A stretch of DNA of 64,000 nt from positions 1,302,001-1,366,000 of the forward strand of contig CDLV01000010.1 in NCBI GenBank assembly GCA_001244265.2. Direction: 5' to 3'. Both the position numbers and the translations under genes were made by a program. The stretch is from Microbotryum violaceum. Taxonomy: Eukaryota. The notes beneath the pieces were generated by a model, which was not told the origin of the DNA, searched no databases, and worked only from the letters and a program-made list of their open reading frames with translations. Below are positions 48,156 to 61,970 of this stretch, piece after piece; position 1 is the first letter of the stretch, and every line of letters starts with the position of its first letter.

Positions 48156-51100
48156 TTATGCGACCTGCTGTACCGCTTCTTGCAACTTGTCCTTGACGAC
48201 ACCCGGGGTCGTCATTGCTGAAGTGGTGACGAAGCCGTATTCGGAACGGATCACTGCTTAGAAAAGGTTTAGATGCTGCTGTTACTCATAGGTAGGAGAG
48301 GTTGTAAGTGGACGCACGGTTATAAAAAGTCGAATAGGTATCGAGGATTTCGTCCTGTGATATCCCGCCAAGATCCAAAGACGTCAGCCTTCCCACTCCC
48401 GAGACACGACCAAGCCCGAAAGCGTGACTGACCAACAAAGGCGGCAACAACACCGCACTCGTCTTCGGATCGTTCAAATAGACCTTCAACCTCATCGCGA
48501 CTCTTACGACCTTCCCCTGCACCCCTCCAACGAACGCGTCATGTAAAGCCATCACTCTTTCCGCCGAAGCCCAAGCTTGACTTGAAAGATCCTTCCCTTG
48601 CCCCGCCCCAGCCCCAGCAATTGCAGTCCCAGCCGTTCCAGCGGACAAGTACGTTCCGCACTCGTCCAAAAAGCCTTGTATATCCCTACCTATCGTCCGG
48701 GCTGTTTCGGCAATCAATTCCTCACATGCGCTTTTCAGCGCCGAATCCAAGTCGGTTTTCGCATCACGCATCGTTTCGGTGAAGGAAGGGATTCCCCTTG
48801 AGGCGAGTTCGAATAGGGCGTTGCGGTTAAAGATGACGGAGGTGTTACGGAGGAGGTTGATGAGGGCGTCTGTTTTTGTGGTGGAGGGAAGGGCGGTTTT
48901 AGTTTCGCGTTTTTCACTGCGAGGGTAGAGTGTTGGAAAGTGGCTTACCAGTGACGGTGGAGAAATCCGCTGCCCTTTCAATCTGGACCATATCAACACT
49001 CCGAATCATCTCCTTCAACAACAACAAATGACGAATTAAGAATAATTGCCCGTCGAGTTGGCGCGGATCTTCGTCGTTCAAGTTGGTCGAGGTCGTGGTG
49101 GGTTCTTCGGACGGTACGGCGGATTTGATGGGTAAGGGTCGGGAGCGGATTTGAGCTGCGGCAGTCGAGAGGGACTGGCGACACAAAGTGACGGCTTCTC
49201 CAGCAAAGTCTTCGAAAATGGCATTCTGTTCGACGCAGAAACGCAAATAAGAATCAGCTTAGATACAGCCCGTCTCGACTTCCCACCCTCCCGACTCACA
49301 TTAACATAAGTATTCAATTTACTCAACACCCAAACCGTCCTCCTCAAGGTCGGGTACCAATCCCCCTGCACCTCCTCCCTCGGCACCCTGAAAGCGCCTC
49401 CCACCCCCTCCGTCTCCCTCTTCCTCTCATCCTCCGTCCACAACGCCAATTCCTTCGTTCTCCCTTGCGAATCAAGTAGTTTGGCAGGGTAATCGAGGTC
49501 TTCTAATGTTGGTGTGTAGTGCAGCACTTCGGATTGAATGACGGCTTGGGCACGGAAAACGAGACGCGTTTGAGCGTCTTGTTGGATCGTTTGAAGAAGT
49601 TTGGAGAATTTGAGACGACCCAATGGTGTTATCGTCGTCGAATTGGGGGAGACGAAAGTCGCGGCCGAAGCGGTCTGGTTTCCCAAACGAATCTCAAGCG
49701 ACGTATCCCCTTCCTCCAAACCTCTGCCCCCGACCTCATCGTCCTCTTCATCTTCCCCCATTTCCGCATCCAACCCACCCATCGCGCCGAGGATGGTACA
49801 CAATTCGCACAACGTTTCCAACTTGGGTTCGTGCAAGATCCGGGGCCTCAACGAGTCGTATAAATAATCGCATAAGGATTCGAGGAATCGATAGGCTTCG
49901 ACTTCTCCGGTCGCGAAAAGTTGTTTGTAGAGGTCCCATTCGGCCATGCAGACCGAACGGAGGTGATTACAGCCTGCTTTGGCCTGTAAAAGGAGCGAAG
50001 GGGAGAATGATCAGTCGAGGTCCGGAGATGAGGGGGGATCCGAGTCGCCGACGCACCAATTTAATCAAATCACTCGCTACCGGATCCATCCTCCTGACCT
50101 CTTCCTGCAACTCGGCACTCAACAATTGTCCCCGACTCGCGAACCAAATCGTATAACACTCGCCCAACAAACTGCCGTACTCGTTCCGATCGACGCTCGC
50201 CCTCTTTTCCAACTCGTAGGTCAAGATCCTCAACGTTTCTGCGATGGTGGAGAATTTGGTGTAGAGGAGGGCGTGGGAAGCGGTTTCGGAGAGGTCCTTG
50301 ATGGTCATCTTGTCGAGGACTTCGGTGGTGAGTCGCTTTATGGTCGAGACAAAGTACATTTTGATGAGGGTCATGGAACGGGTGAGGCATTGTTGGAAGC
50401 GGATGAGGTAGATTTCGGCGTCTTTAAAGTCGCGCTGAGGGGAGAGAGGGGAAGAGGGGAGAGAATGTGGGGGTTAGCCAAGGTGGTCCGAGGGGCGGCG
50501 GGTTCTGAGAGAGAACAAGGTACATTGGCCTTTAGGTAATCCAAACAAAGGTCCAAGCGATCGAGTACGTTGAGGAACTCTTCCTGCAGGACGAGGTCCT
50601 CTCCGGGGAGGTTCAACATGCGCGTCGCCGTTTCGAGTTGTCGAAAGTAATCGAGTCGAGCCGAAAGCGCTTCGGTGACTTGGATCAGATGTTTCTGCGT
50701 GGACGCGGACGTGCACGAAAGAGCAGAGGGGTCAGAGGGGGCGAGACAGAAGCGGGGTCTTTTGCTTCGAAAGCGGCGTACCTGCTCATCCAACATGGTC
50801 TCACACGCCAACTGCAACGCCCTCGAATTGTCCTCGACGAACCGATAGTTGGCCTCGATCTCACTCAACAGACCCCTCGCGTCGTCCAAGTTTTCCAAAA
50901 CATGCTGACAGGCGGCGAGGTGGTGGGAGAGAGTTTCGAGGTGGTTGACGTAGACTTGTTCTTGTTCGATCTCGAGCGAGCGTTCGACGAGCGCGAACCA
51001 GTCGTGGAATTGTTGGGTGGTGGTGATCGGCGCCAAGGTCGGTTCCTGCTCGGCTTGCTGCTGGGTGGCGTGGTCGGGGTGTGGAGGGCGTGGTGTGGTC

Positions 51101-51494
51101 AAAGGCGAGCAAGATCGGTTCAGCACGGGTGAGGCAGCCACGTTGACGTGGGAAGCGGCCCTCCTCAGGATGGAAGGCGTGGTCGGTCTGGACCTGGACC
51201 GATTCGTGTTCGGATTGGCTCGACCCGACTGGACTTGCGAGAGTAACAACAGCTGGGAGAAGTGCACGACAGAGGCGCGGTCAGGCTCGTGCTGTGCAGC
51301 GTGCGAAACGGGGTACAGGGTACAGGGTACAGGGTACAGGGTACAGGGTACACTTCTCTCACCTGGGCCGGGATCGGCTTGCTCGAGGAAGCGTGTTGGA
51401 CGCGTGAGATCAACGCCGCTTCGGATTTGCTGAGCGGACAGGATTGGTCCCAGTCTTCGAGACTGAGGCGAGAGGTGCTGGCTCGGGTGGACAT
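48156..51494 (-). CDS. COG3: Conserved oligomeric Golgi complex subunit 3 (Sec34)
   Basis: LSLEDWDQ, QQFHDWFA, ACETMLDEQ, RLDYFRQLE, LYDSLRPRILHEPKLETLCELC, DAQTRLVFRAQ, WYPTLRRT, DGQLFLIRHLLLLKE. Confidence 0.92.
51311..51352. repeat. (GGGTACA)x6 tandem repeat in the first COG3 intron
   Basis: Read directly. Confidence 0.95.
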
Positions 51495-51519
51495 GCTCCG
51501 GGCAGGTCCTACCCCGGCG

Positions 51520-51591
51520 AGATGAGCCAGATGTGCCAGATGTGCCAGATGTGCTAGATGTGCTAGATGTGCTAGATGTGCTAGATGTGGG
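51520..51591. repeat. (AGATGTGCY)x8 imperfect tandem repeat just upstream of the COG3 start
   Basis: Read directly. Confidence 0.9.
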
Positions 51592-51767
51592 GTGCAGTCG
51601 GAACTCGGAAGGGAGCACGACCCGACGACGACGACGTGTTGGGAACGCGCGCGCGCAAAAGGGGTATTAGCCCGTGATTAGCAACCCGTTTTGTAATGGA
51701 ATGGCCCAATTCACCACCCTGCCGACGCCGTCTTTCACCGCTCTCGCTCGAACGCACCACAGCAACG

Positions 51768-53295
51768 ATGGACCTCGACCACGACCCCTCCCAAGCCGAC
51801 GCCCTAGCCGAAGCCTTGGGAACGCGCACAACTGAACGTGCTTTCCCAGCTTCGGAATCGGACGCGGCCAAGATCGTACAAGAGCATCAAGCCGGTCAGG
51901 AGCACGACCAGGACGACAACGATGGCGATGACGATGGCGACCAACAGGAAGACGGCGATCTGTCCAAGGATTTGTTTGGGGATGATGATGATGACGACGA
52001 CGACGACGACGAGTGAGTGTGGATCAGGATAAGACCTTGCAGCTCACACGAAACTCACTTTATGGCTCGTGACCGCGTCCGCGCAGGCCGGCCGAAGCAG
52101 ACCCCACCACCACAACCGAGGCCGTACCCTTGCCCGAACTCTTTTCCGACAACGACAACCCAAACGAGATGAACGACTTCATCGACCAAGACGACCAAGC
52201 TCTCACCCCCGAAGAAGCCGCCCGTCGTCGCCAACTCGAATACGGGGAACGCACGCCCTCCCCCGGCACCTTTGTCACCAAGACCGAGACCAAAGTCGCC
52301 CTCCCTCTCGCCAACTTGGACGTTCCTCAGGGGGGCAAAGTGTGGCATGCGAGGCTGCCTCATTTCTTGGGCTTGGAGACGCAGCCCTTCGATGACCTCA
52401 TGTGGGAACCACCGGCGGCGAAGCAAGCCCACGAGATCATGGACGAGAATCTGATTAGGTGGAGGTGGTCAAAGCACGAGCTGGACCAGGTGGTGAGTCA
52501 ACACTCTCTATACGCTTTCAACCAATCACACCACTGAAAACCCCTCGCCACACCCTCGAAATTCGCCTCGCTGCCTCTCGCCAGATCAAGGAATCCAACG
52601 CGCGCATCGTACGCTGGTCCGACGGGTCCCTGTCCCTCCAACTCGGTTCCGAACTCTTCGACATGTCCGTCGCGCTCGACCAATCCGCGCTCCTAACCTC
52701 CTCTTCTTCAACGATCCCCGTCATGCCTTCGTCCACCACTTCGCTCTCCCTAACGACCTCTTCCGACCGAGCTCACGGCCTCACTTACCTCGTCGCTTCC
52801 CACGACTATACCGAATTACTCGAAGCCCAAGCTTCCGTACACGGTACCCTCACCTTCCGACCTACCACTTTACAATCCGCGACTCATCGAAAGTTGGCCG
52901 GTCACATCCATGCGAGGAACCTCAAGAGTGTACGAACCAAGATCGCCGACTTGCCCGCGTTCGATCCCGAAAAGTTGAAGGCCCAGAGGGAGAGGTTGGA
53001 AGAGGACAAGAGGAAGAAGGCGCACAAGGAACGTAAAAAGGCCCAAGGTGCCGTCGGCCCGAGAGGGGGGAGAAGGAATAGGGGGACCGTTAGGTTGGAA
53101 GGGATTGAGTTTTCGACTGATGAGGACGGGGAAGACGGCGGGATCGCCGGTGGGAGGGGAGGCGCCGGCAGAACTCAACCCAAGCGCGGCAGAGGGGGTC
53201 CTTTGGCTCAGGACTATGACGACGACGACGATGATGACGATGGCTTCATTCGACCTGATGATGAGGAAGAGGAAGAAGGGGAAGGGGGTCGACAA

Positions 53296-53342
<47 letters not shown>

Positions 53343-53532
53343 ACGGATGGACGTCGATGATCAGATGGAAAGGGCCGAAAAAGCGATGGAGTTGGAAAGG
53401 AGGAAGAAGAAGGAGGAGAAGAGGTTGGGACACAGTGCGGGGAAGGATACACAAGCGTCGAACAATGAGGCGAGTGAACCGGTTCCGGCTCCAAGGAGAC
53501 GCTTGGTCGTCGAATCGGATGAGGACGAGTGA
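51768..53532 (+). CDS. LEO1: Paf1 complex subunit Leo1
   Basis: RLPHFLGLETQPFD, DENLIRWRW, ESNARIVRWSDGSLSLQLGSELFD, TFRPTTLQSATHRKL, acidic tail with a (GATGAC)n repeat. Confidence 0.92.
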
Positions 53533-53615
53533 ATAGCGTGTGTACGATGAGGTTGAAGCGGGGTGTATTCCAAAATTGAAATGAAACGCAAATGCTATAC
53601 AAACGAAGACGTCTT

Positions 53616-55947
53616 CTAGAAATCTTGGGTATGACGACCATCGGATCGGAGAGCCGCAGGCAGATCCCTTAACTCGCCATTCCGACCGACGACGTAGCGT
53701 GGCTCGAGGCCGGCTCTGCGGGAGAATCCAAGGCGATGGTGGTCAGCGAGTTGGTATCATGCGATGATACGCCCCGGAAGCCTTTTACTCACACGAGAGC
53801 CTGATTCCTCTCATTCCCCTTGAGCAAATTCCGTATTGCGAACAAGGCATGTTCCCTCAACGCTAAAAAAAGCACCAATCAAATCCCAACCCATCAGTGT
53901 GCCACTCCCAAGCCTCAACTCAATTTTCTCGCTACACACCCAAAACTTACTAGGATTCGAATCATCAATCTGACACATACCTAACACCATCACCAAGCCC
54001 CCTTTCTCGCGAATCTCTTCTTGGGCTTTGAAATGATCCGATGATGCGATAGAGAGGAAGCGCACGCATTCGCGTTTGATCTGCCCTATCGCTGGGGGAT
54101 CGATCCATGTCCGTGTTGGGGATGTGGAGGTATCTTCGGCTATGGGCGATAGTTTGGGTAAAGGCATCTGAGGTGTTGGGGTGGAAAGCGAGTTGGCGAA
54201 GGCAAGGAGGGCTGCAAAACTCAAAATCAAAGTTCGCACGGAACCCCGAATGCATGAGCTTCCTCTTCTCAGAAAGAAAGGACAACCACAGTACTCACCG
54301 ATCGTTGGCCCAATCCCCACTGCAATCGCTTCCCTCCCTTTCGTCCCATGCAACCCCAAACTATTCAAACACGTGACGGCCAAGACGGCACCTTGAAGGG
54401 TGTTCGCATCCCTTCCATCTTTTGATCGGTCCCGAGTTGATAGCTCTTGAGTGAAGGAGGCGAGAAGTTGGGTGAGAGAGGAAGGGAGAGAGAGTATGGC
54501 TGGTGAGGGTGGCGAAGGGGTGCTTTGAAAGTGTTCGGAGAGGTAGCCGTCGAGGAATTTGAGAAGGGTCGTTTGCGAGGCTGAGATGACGAAGCCTGAC
54601 ATACTGTAGGCAGAGAGTTGACGCAAGCAACGGTCGATCAGTTGAAGTTTCCGACAGGGCTAAGATGTGGAACTTGTGATCAAGACTCACGCTCGCTGAT
54701 TCTCATAGGCCTGTGCCCAAGCTCCATTTTCAATCAATTGCTCCCCGATCGCGTATCTGTCGACCGGGCAAAGGCATCGTCAGTCTCGCCACACCTTCCC
54801 ACGATCTACCTCAACGCGCCACGATGTTACTGACCCAAGACTAAACACAGCTTCTTTTCCTTTGACAGCACTTGGATCCGCGCCATCAACTTGCTCTTCG
54901 TCACAGGTGAACGAATCAATGAGGACGAGCATCCGATCGAGCACTTTGGGCCCGTCACCCCAGGTCGCCAAGAGGGTTCTGATGGCATGTTCGGAATAAG
55001 CAAGTCAGTTTTGGATACGCCTGATATGGTAAGCATTTCGACTCACGATCGCTCCTGACTCCCATGAATGACGTTGAGCAGAAAAATGAGCAATGCTTCG
55101 AGCGTTTGAGAATCTTGACTTGCGAACAATCGACTGTAAAAGGCACAAATCATTTAAGTTCTGATGCTCGTTCGTGGAGGTACCTGTACGCGTCTCACGA
55201 AATCAGTTTGTCGTCCTTTTCCAGCACGAGCCTTGCTTTAAGGACCTCGGTTGCCAATTCTTCATTGCCGGTGATGAGGTTCGCGAGCGCTTGACAGCAA
55301 GCTCTTGTCATAGGGGTGACTGGGAGAGCCAAAGTGGGTTGAGATCAGTCGAGCTCTTGGAAGATAGGCGAATACTTCACCAAGCTCACACTGCTCATTT
55401 TCGAGATTAGTCAGCGATGAAGCAGTGAGCAGGACGGAGCGAAGATGGGGTTCGATCTTGGAGCTGTCTCGAGGGATGGGATAGAGGGATGACAATTCTG
55501 CGCGTTAAAGAGACCGCCAGATTGCCTCACGTTCCGAGACTGGTGCCGACTCACGCTGCGTTTCTCTGATTGTGCTGATCATTCGTACAGATGCTCAAGA
55601 GAAAATACGCCAACGAGGTGATCGCTTGTCTTGAAGTAGAAGCCAACTCGCTCGTCGAATCGCCCCGGGCGAGCAGTTGAGCTTGATTGCGCCAAACTTG
55701 GGCAAACGAGATCCAGAACGATGAAGATTGGCCATAGATGGATCTGTGAAGTATCAGGAAAGAATGAATTCCTACTAAGCACGAATGCCGCTATGACCTC
55801 CCCTGGGAGCTCCGCACGAACGAACCTGAGTTGGATGTCATCGCGGAGGGCGAGACGAGCAGTCTTGACGACTTGGATAAGCTCTTCGGGCAAGGATGAC
55901 ACTCGGGCTAGCTGTTGAGCGAGATGCTCAGCGGTAGGTGCTGCCAT
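53616..55947 (-). CDS. Ataxin-10 domain (Ctr86-like) armadillo protein
   Basis: C-terminal IKRECVRFL...AQEEIREKGGLVMVLGMCQIDDSNP-TLREHALFAIRNLLKGNEENQ; many introns. Confidence 0.8.
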
Positions 55948-56274
55948 TGTGGAGGTGCGAGTAGATCAGAGCCCGGGACGATGAGGCGGAAATGAGAAAG
56001 AGGTCCGTGCGTGCGGCGGTGGGGCTTGCGAAGTCGTTCGGCGGACCGGGATTCCCGTGACCCAACGCTCCGTGCTCCCTTTCAGCTTGCATCCTCACCC
56101 GCGTGTGCCACCTTTACGAGTCCCAACCCACCCGGAAGGCCACATCTCCATGGACCATACTTTACGGTAGCTTAGCACCCCATACTCTCCTCTCTCCCCG
56201 CGTCCCGATCAGCTGGCAGTCGCGGGTCGCTCCGCACGGTGCGCGTTACCCCCACTTGTCTCACGGCCGGCGCT

Positions 56275-58080
56275 ATGAGCGAGGTGATCGCAGAAGTACT
56301 CGAGAACGCCATCACCGACACGACGGCCCAATCCCAAGATGCGCTCGTCATAGTCCCCCAATCCTCCACTCCAGTCGACCCCACCTCTACCTCCTCCTCT
56401 CAGCCCAAATCAGGCAGTTCGAGCTCCGTCTTGGCCGCCCTCACTCGCGCCTTATTCCTCTCTTTGGCGTTCCTCTTCAAGCGCCCGATCCGCCTCTTTC
56501 GCCCCGTCAAGATTTCCACCTGGACAGGTCTTCAAGCCATCGCTCACGAACATGGTCATTCAAAAGTCACCCCGGCGTTCGTACGAAGTCTGATCCGCAA
56601 ACAAGGCTGGAGTTTCATCCCGAGGCATCTGGTACCCCCTGTCTTGGTCAATGGCCTGATCGGCCTGACCCTTTTCGGCGTTTATACCGTGAGTAGGCAA
56701 GTAAAGGCAGGGCGCCCTGCATCAAATGACACCTCTTTTTGGATGGTCTTCTCACCAGTCCTCCGAAAGTTACCTCAACTCGCATCTCCCACCCGACGTG
56801 CTCTCCCACCCCTCGACCCAAGTTTTGATCCCTTTCATCTCCGGTACTCTGGCCGGTGCATCCCAATCCATCATCTCCGCGCCCCTCGATAACGCCCGCC
56901 TCCTCCTCCTTCGTCGACAACACCATCTCCGTCTCTACGGTCATCGAACCTCCCGAAACCAGCCCGGTCGACCGAACTCTAAACCTTTCGTCAGTTGGTG
57001 GCCTCTATTGAGGGATGCCGTCTTTCTCAACACAGGATCGGCGGAGAAGTTGTCGAATGCGCAGAAAGTGAGGAGAGGGTATACGCTCTGGTTGTTGACG
57101 TTGATCAAGGATGGGTTGGGGTTTGGGGCGTTCTTCGCGACGTTCGAAGTCGGACGATCGGTGTCGAGGAGGATGGGGTTGGCTTGGGATGGGATTAAAG
57201 AAGGTGATCAAGTCGAGGAGAACGATTGGGATGAAGAGAAGAATGAAGCGATACTTACACCGACGCCATCGAACGATCTCGCGGTCAAGAAGAAACGACG
57301 CAGCGCGACGAGTTTGCTCCTTCAAAGTTTGGGCATCCTCACCGCTGGTGGAGTAGCGGGTTTGTGCTTCGCCTTGGTCGCAAGACCTTTTGACAGGATG
57401 AGGATGGTTATTTATGAAGGAAGGATGAAGGCTTTGGAGAGAGAGGAGAGGTCCAAGCACGAGATGGATAGACGAGGGGAAGAAGGGACCTCCAAATCTG
57501 GAGCAAGACGGAACCAGAAGGAGCACGTACGGATCGTACGCACACGAGGGAGATCACGACTCTCATCACTCTCCGCCAAGGCCCTCCTTGGACGACCTTT
57601 TGGACCCAAGCCCAAACCGAAACCGATCTCGGCATCCTCGCTCCCCAACCCCGCTTCCGCCAAACTCCACCCCGATCCCTCGGCATTCCACCTCGTCTCC
57701 GAAGCCGCTCGTCAAGCAGGGCCCATCAACTTCTTCTTCGGTTCCACAGCATCACTCGGATCTTCAACCTCAAATCGAGCCACTGGGACCGGTCCTCGAC
57801 TTCCTTCAGGAATAAAAGGCCGTCATTTCGGTCCGACGCGATTGAGTGCTCGAGCGCGGGATGCCAAGGCGAAGATGGTGCATGGTGCTGAGAGAGGGTT
57901 GTTGGCGAGAGCTACGAGGGTGTTGGCTTATGGTAAGTTTGACCGAACAGGTGTTGAGGCCCCTAGAGATGAACGGGGGCTTATGGTATGTGCGGCTGCT
58001 GATTTTTTCGTTCGATCACAGTCCCGGCTTATTCGGTCGCGTTCTTTGCTTATGCTTTGATGTCGGGTGATTTAAGGTAA
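56275..58080 (+). CDS. Divergent mitochondrial-carrier-like membrane protein
   Basis: Px[DE]xx[KR] signatures APLDNAR and RPFDRMR; KDGLGFGAFFATFE; FKRPIRLFRP. Confidence 0.7.
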
Positions 58081-58127
58081 TGTGACTTTCATTTAATAGA
58101 CATTCATCCTTGTTGCAACAGTATATT

Positions 58128-58206
58128 GAGGCCGAATAGCTACGCGTGAGACCGAATAGCTACGCGTGAGGCCGAATAGCTACGCGTGAGGCCGAATAGC
58201 TACGCG
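58128..58206. repeat. 20-bp tandem repeat x4 (GAGGCCGAATAGCTACGCGT) between convergent genes
   Basis: Four head-to-tail copies, one substitution, no spacers. Confidence 0.95.
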
Positions 58207-58336
58207 ATTGGAAGGAGACGTAGGCTGTGTGAAGGACTACAAGCTCTCATGAACGGGCTCAATGCGTTGCGTAGAATGCAGTCACCAGATGGACGTCATG
58301 AAAGGACGAAGCGCTCTACTTGTATCCAAAATCAAA

Positions 58337-60929
58337 CTAACACTCGAACAACGCCACATCCAAGCTAACCGGATACTCCCTCGCCAATTTGCTCACTTCC
58401 CATCTCACCTCCTGTCCCATTGTGCCCGGACCACATACTACGACCAAACTCTTCCCTTCTGCACCTCCAACGAAGCTGGGTAACAAGCCAGGCCAATACG
58501 GTCGTCCGGCGGATACGGTTAAAGCATCGGCCATAGGTGATATTTCCATCAGCTCGTCTAATTCAGGGGACGTGACCGCTGCCGCGGCCGCGGCTGAAGT
58601 TGAGATGATTCCTGTTCGAGCGATGAGAGCCGTCAGGGGTGGTGGAAGAGGGAGATCTTCCCTTGAGGATTTCGTCGTTGTTGTCGAGGAACTTGAGTTC
58701 GAAGAATGAATCGTTTCGTGTTCTGAGGGGACTCGAGTTCCGGAAGGGGTTCGGGTGACGTAGAGTTCGAGCCGGAGTTCGACGTCGGCTTCGAAGGCTT
58801 CTTTCGCGCTTTCGAGAAGGGAGGAGAGTGTCCAGATGGATTGTTCTGAGGGGTGAAAGACGGAGTGAGCTTGGTGATGAATTCATCGAACCTCATCTCT
58901 GACAATGAACTCACCGACTGATTGGACGGTCCAAATGAGTCGAATGACTCGCGCTTTGGAATAGGAGACCCGCGCCTTGTGGATCACGTCCTCGAGCACT
59001 GTCAGAACCAACGGAGCGTCCAGTAAGCTTCCCCTCACTCAGTGGGTCCCACACGATATAACTCAAACTTACTACTCATGATATGCGAAATACCGGTCCC
59101 CCCAGCCAAAAACAGAATCTCCTGAAACTCTTCCGTATCCACCGCGCCACCATAAGGTCCCTCCACACTGACCATCAATTCCATCGACGCCGTCGGACTC
59201 TGCGCCAATCGATCCGCCACGATCCTGGTCATCCCCTCCCTCGTCCGAATAATGAATAACATCTCATGCGCTGTGGGTGTATGACCTGCTTGTCGGACCC
59301 CTTTGTATTTGGCGAGTTGGGTCTCTTCCCATTCGTCCAAGGTCCCCGAACGAGGAACGTTGGCGATCGAGAAAGGGTGCAGCTGGCCATAGACTTGCGG
59401 TTGGGAGGCGAAGGCCTTATCCCAAATACCGATATATGCATGTTGACCTGCTTCCCAAGTGCCATGGAAGGGGACGCGGAGAACAACGGCACCTTCGATC
59501 AAGGTTGCGGAAGCTTTGACGACGGGAGGTCGTAACTGGAGCCGAGTTAGGAGTCGAATCGAGACGAGTTTGCACAGCCGCAAGAGGCGCTCGACGCCCC
59601 ACAGGCCGATCGCCACCCACAGGAGAACCTTACTCGACGAGATATCTGCACGAGGTAGAAAGCGATATTCAAACTTTTGAGCTCCGACGTTACGCTCGTT
59701 TCTGGGGCTTACGATAGGCGAGACCACCGAGAATCAGGCCCGCTCCAGCGATATGCATGAGCAAAAAGAGCTCATAACACCGTCTTCGAATGGCCGGCAA
59801 GCTGAAGAAGACGAGTAGGAAACATCCACCAACAATGACCAGCCCCGTGATACCAAGGTAATTGTTACGATACAGCCTCTCAACCCCTTCCCTACCAAAC
59901 CATTTGTTCGTGGCGATTGATGCCTCGATCGTGTGCAAGGCTCCAAAGAGGACCATCCACCAGGCGAAAGCTCGATGCGCCAATCGGAGATGCTGATATT
60001 GGATGCCCGTGACAAGTTGGACGAGTGAGTTGCGACCCGTCAAAGCGACGATGGCGGGGAGTTGAGCAAGTGAGAGCCAACCGCATCGGAGAGCGACGAC
60101 GTCTGAGGAGGGATAAAGCAAGCGTGCGCGAGGTCGGGTTAGCTGGAGCGCCGGTCGTTCTAGGGGGCTTTGCAGCAATTCCATCACTCACGAATCGCAT
60201 TCCAGTGCGCATCATTGGCTTGTCTCCAGTCGATCGAGATGACCAAAACAGAAACGGTGTTGACGACCAGCAACAAGACGATCAAACCAACCTGCAGAGG
60301 GTTTGCCAAGCCCAGCCACCATTTCGACGCCAAAGGGGTCAAGAGGAGTGCCTCGAAGTGTTCGACCAAGTTGCGTGTCCTCGGCGGGGGTTCGAGACGG
60401 TGGAATCCTCGGATCTCGTCGTTCATGGCTCGGATTTTGTGTAGTGCTAAACGCCATGCCTGTATGTGGAAGCCGTCGACGAGTGAGCTACTGCGAGACT
60501 TTCACTCCGAAAACGCGCACTGACCCGATGACGTCGTTTGACGGTATAAATGAGATGTCGGAGCATTAATACACCAATTACACCTAAGACGATCCACTAA
60601 AAAAGGGAGAGACCGATTGAGCATCAGTACATGTAGCATTGCAAAGTCTCAAGGTTCAACAACGCAGAAGTTATCGACCTCTGTGGACCTAAACCGAAAA
60701 AAGCAGCAAGCCCGGGGGTGGATTTCTGTATCCGTTGAGGGCAGGCGGCGCGCGATCTATCCCTGGGCCACCTTGCCGCGCGATGGTAACTGACCTGATA
60801 CCCGATGATGATCTGCAAATTCGCATGCACCTGGCGATGCTCCTCGTTCGTCATCATCTCGACAACATGTTCTTGCTCAACGGGTAGACTCCTGTGCACC
60901 AGTGCACGTCCTTCGGGAATTGCGACCAT
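58337..60929 (-). CDS. Ferric/cupric reductase (FRE/NOX family)
   Basis: GRNSLVQLVTG...LAHR...ALHT and YELFLLMH heme histidines, HPFSIAN (FAD), VEGPYG, LAGGTGISH, VVCGP, terminal FEC. Confidence 0.9.
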
Positions 60930-61970
60930 CGAGTCGGATGATGGAATGATGATGCGAGGACGGCTTGAAACGAGCGAGTCGGGTTCCGGAGGGTCGAGAC
61001 CGAGTTCGAGGGAAAGCGCCCCTTTGTCGGATGTCCTGAACCGGACGAGCTTGAGAAGGAACCGAAACCAGTCGGATTGGAGGAAAGGATAGAAAAGCTG
61101 GGTGACACCCGGTCAACCAACCTAAAGGAGGGATAAGGGCAAAGAGACGGTCGACGTCGAACACGAGATGAAGAAAGGAAGGCAGATGAATCAGGATCCG
61201 GGTTGATGAGATTGCGACGTCCGGGGTTCGACTCCGAGCGAAGCCCGTCCCGCTCGCGGCTTGTGCCCGACTCCGAGCCGCGCGCGCGCTACCAGGGCCG
61301 AGTTTTTGTGCCACTGCAGTTGCGTGAGGACAAGTCTTTCTACAGATGGCATTTCTACAAGGAAGAGGGATCTACCAATTAAGCGCTGGTTAGTCCCGAT
61401 CATTTCGAATTACCGCGGTGTCCCGAAGCCCGGCTTCAAGTTCTCGCAGTTGAAGTTGCAGCATGCAGCGGGGGCCGACCCTACGCGTGTGTGTTTCGCC
61501 GCTTCCGGCCATGCTCGACGTCGATCGCTCTCTACAAATACCCTTTATGCCCAGGCCCCATCCGCCAGCCAGAACGACGAACAGAGAACATCACACGAGC
61601 CTGCTGGTTTGGATGAGCCCATGATGTGAACTCTAGTACACTTCTTGTCTTACCTTGATGAACGCAGGCTCAAAGGGAACAAGTCAGGAAAGAAATGCAC
61701 TCGTCTACACCTGAACCTGCTGACATTGTCCAGGCCGACCAGGCACACGGCAAGAGGGATCGTTAAGAAGCGTTTCAATTTCGAAGTAGAGCTCAAAATA
61801 TTAGAGTAGAACCGGGTCGGTTGGAAAAAGTGAAGACAAAACCTTTAGACAAGTGTAAAAGGAGTAACAAGTTAATTGCGGAAAAATAGGCATAGCATCG
61901 TCATCCCGTCACATGTCGCCTCCCAAGTCGGCGGTAAGAAAAAAGCCCTCGTCGCCTCGAACAACCCTCC

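Noticed and set aside
50371-51618. 415-aa ORF as the true COG3 N-terminus
   Set aside because: It reads through tandem repeats and introns; the spliced start at 51494 gives the conserved LSLEDW motif.
58128-58206. CRISPR-like or guide array
   Set aside because: The four 20-bp units are head-to-tail with no spacers; this is an ordinary minisatellite.
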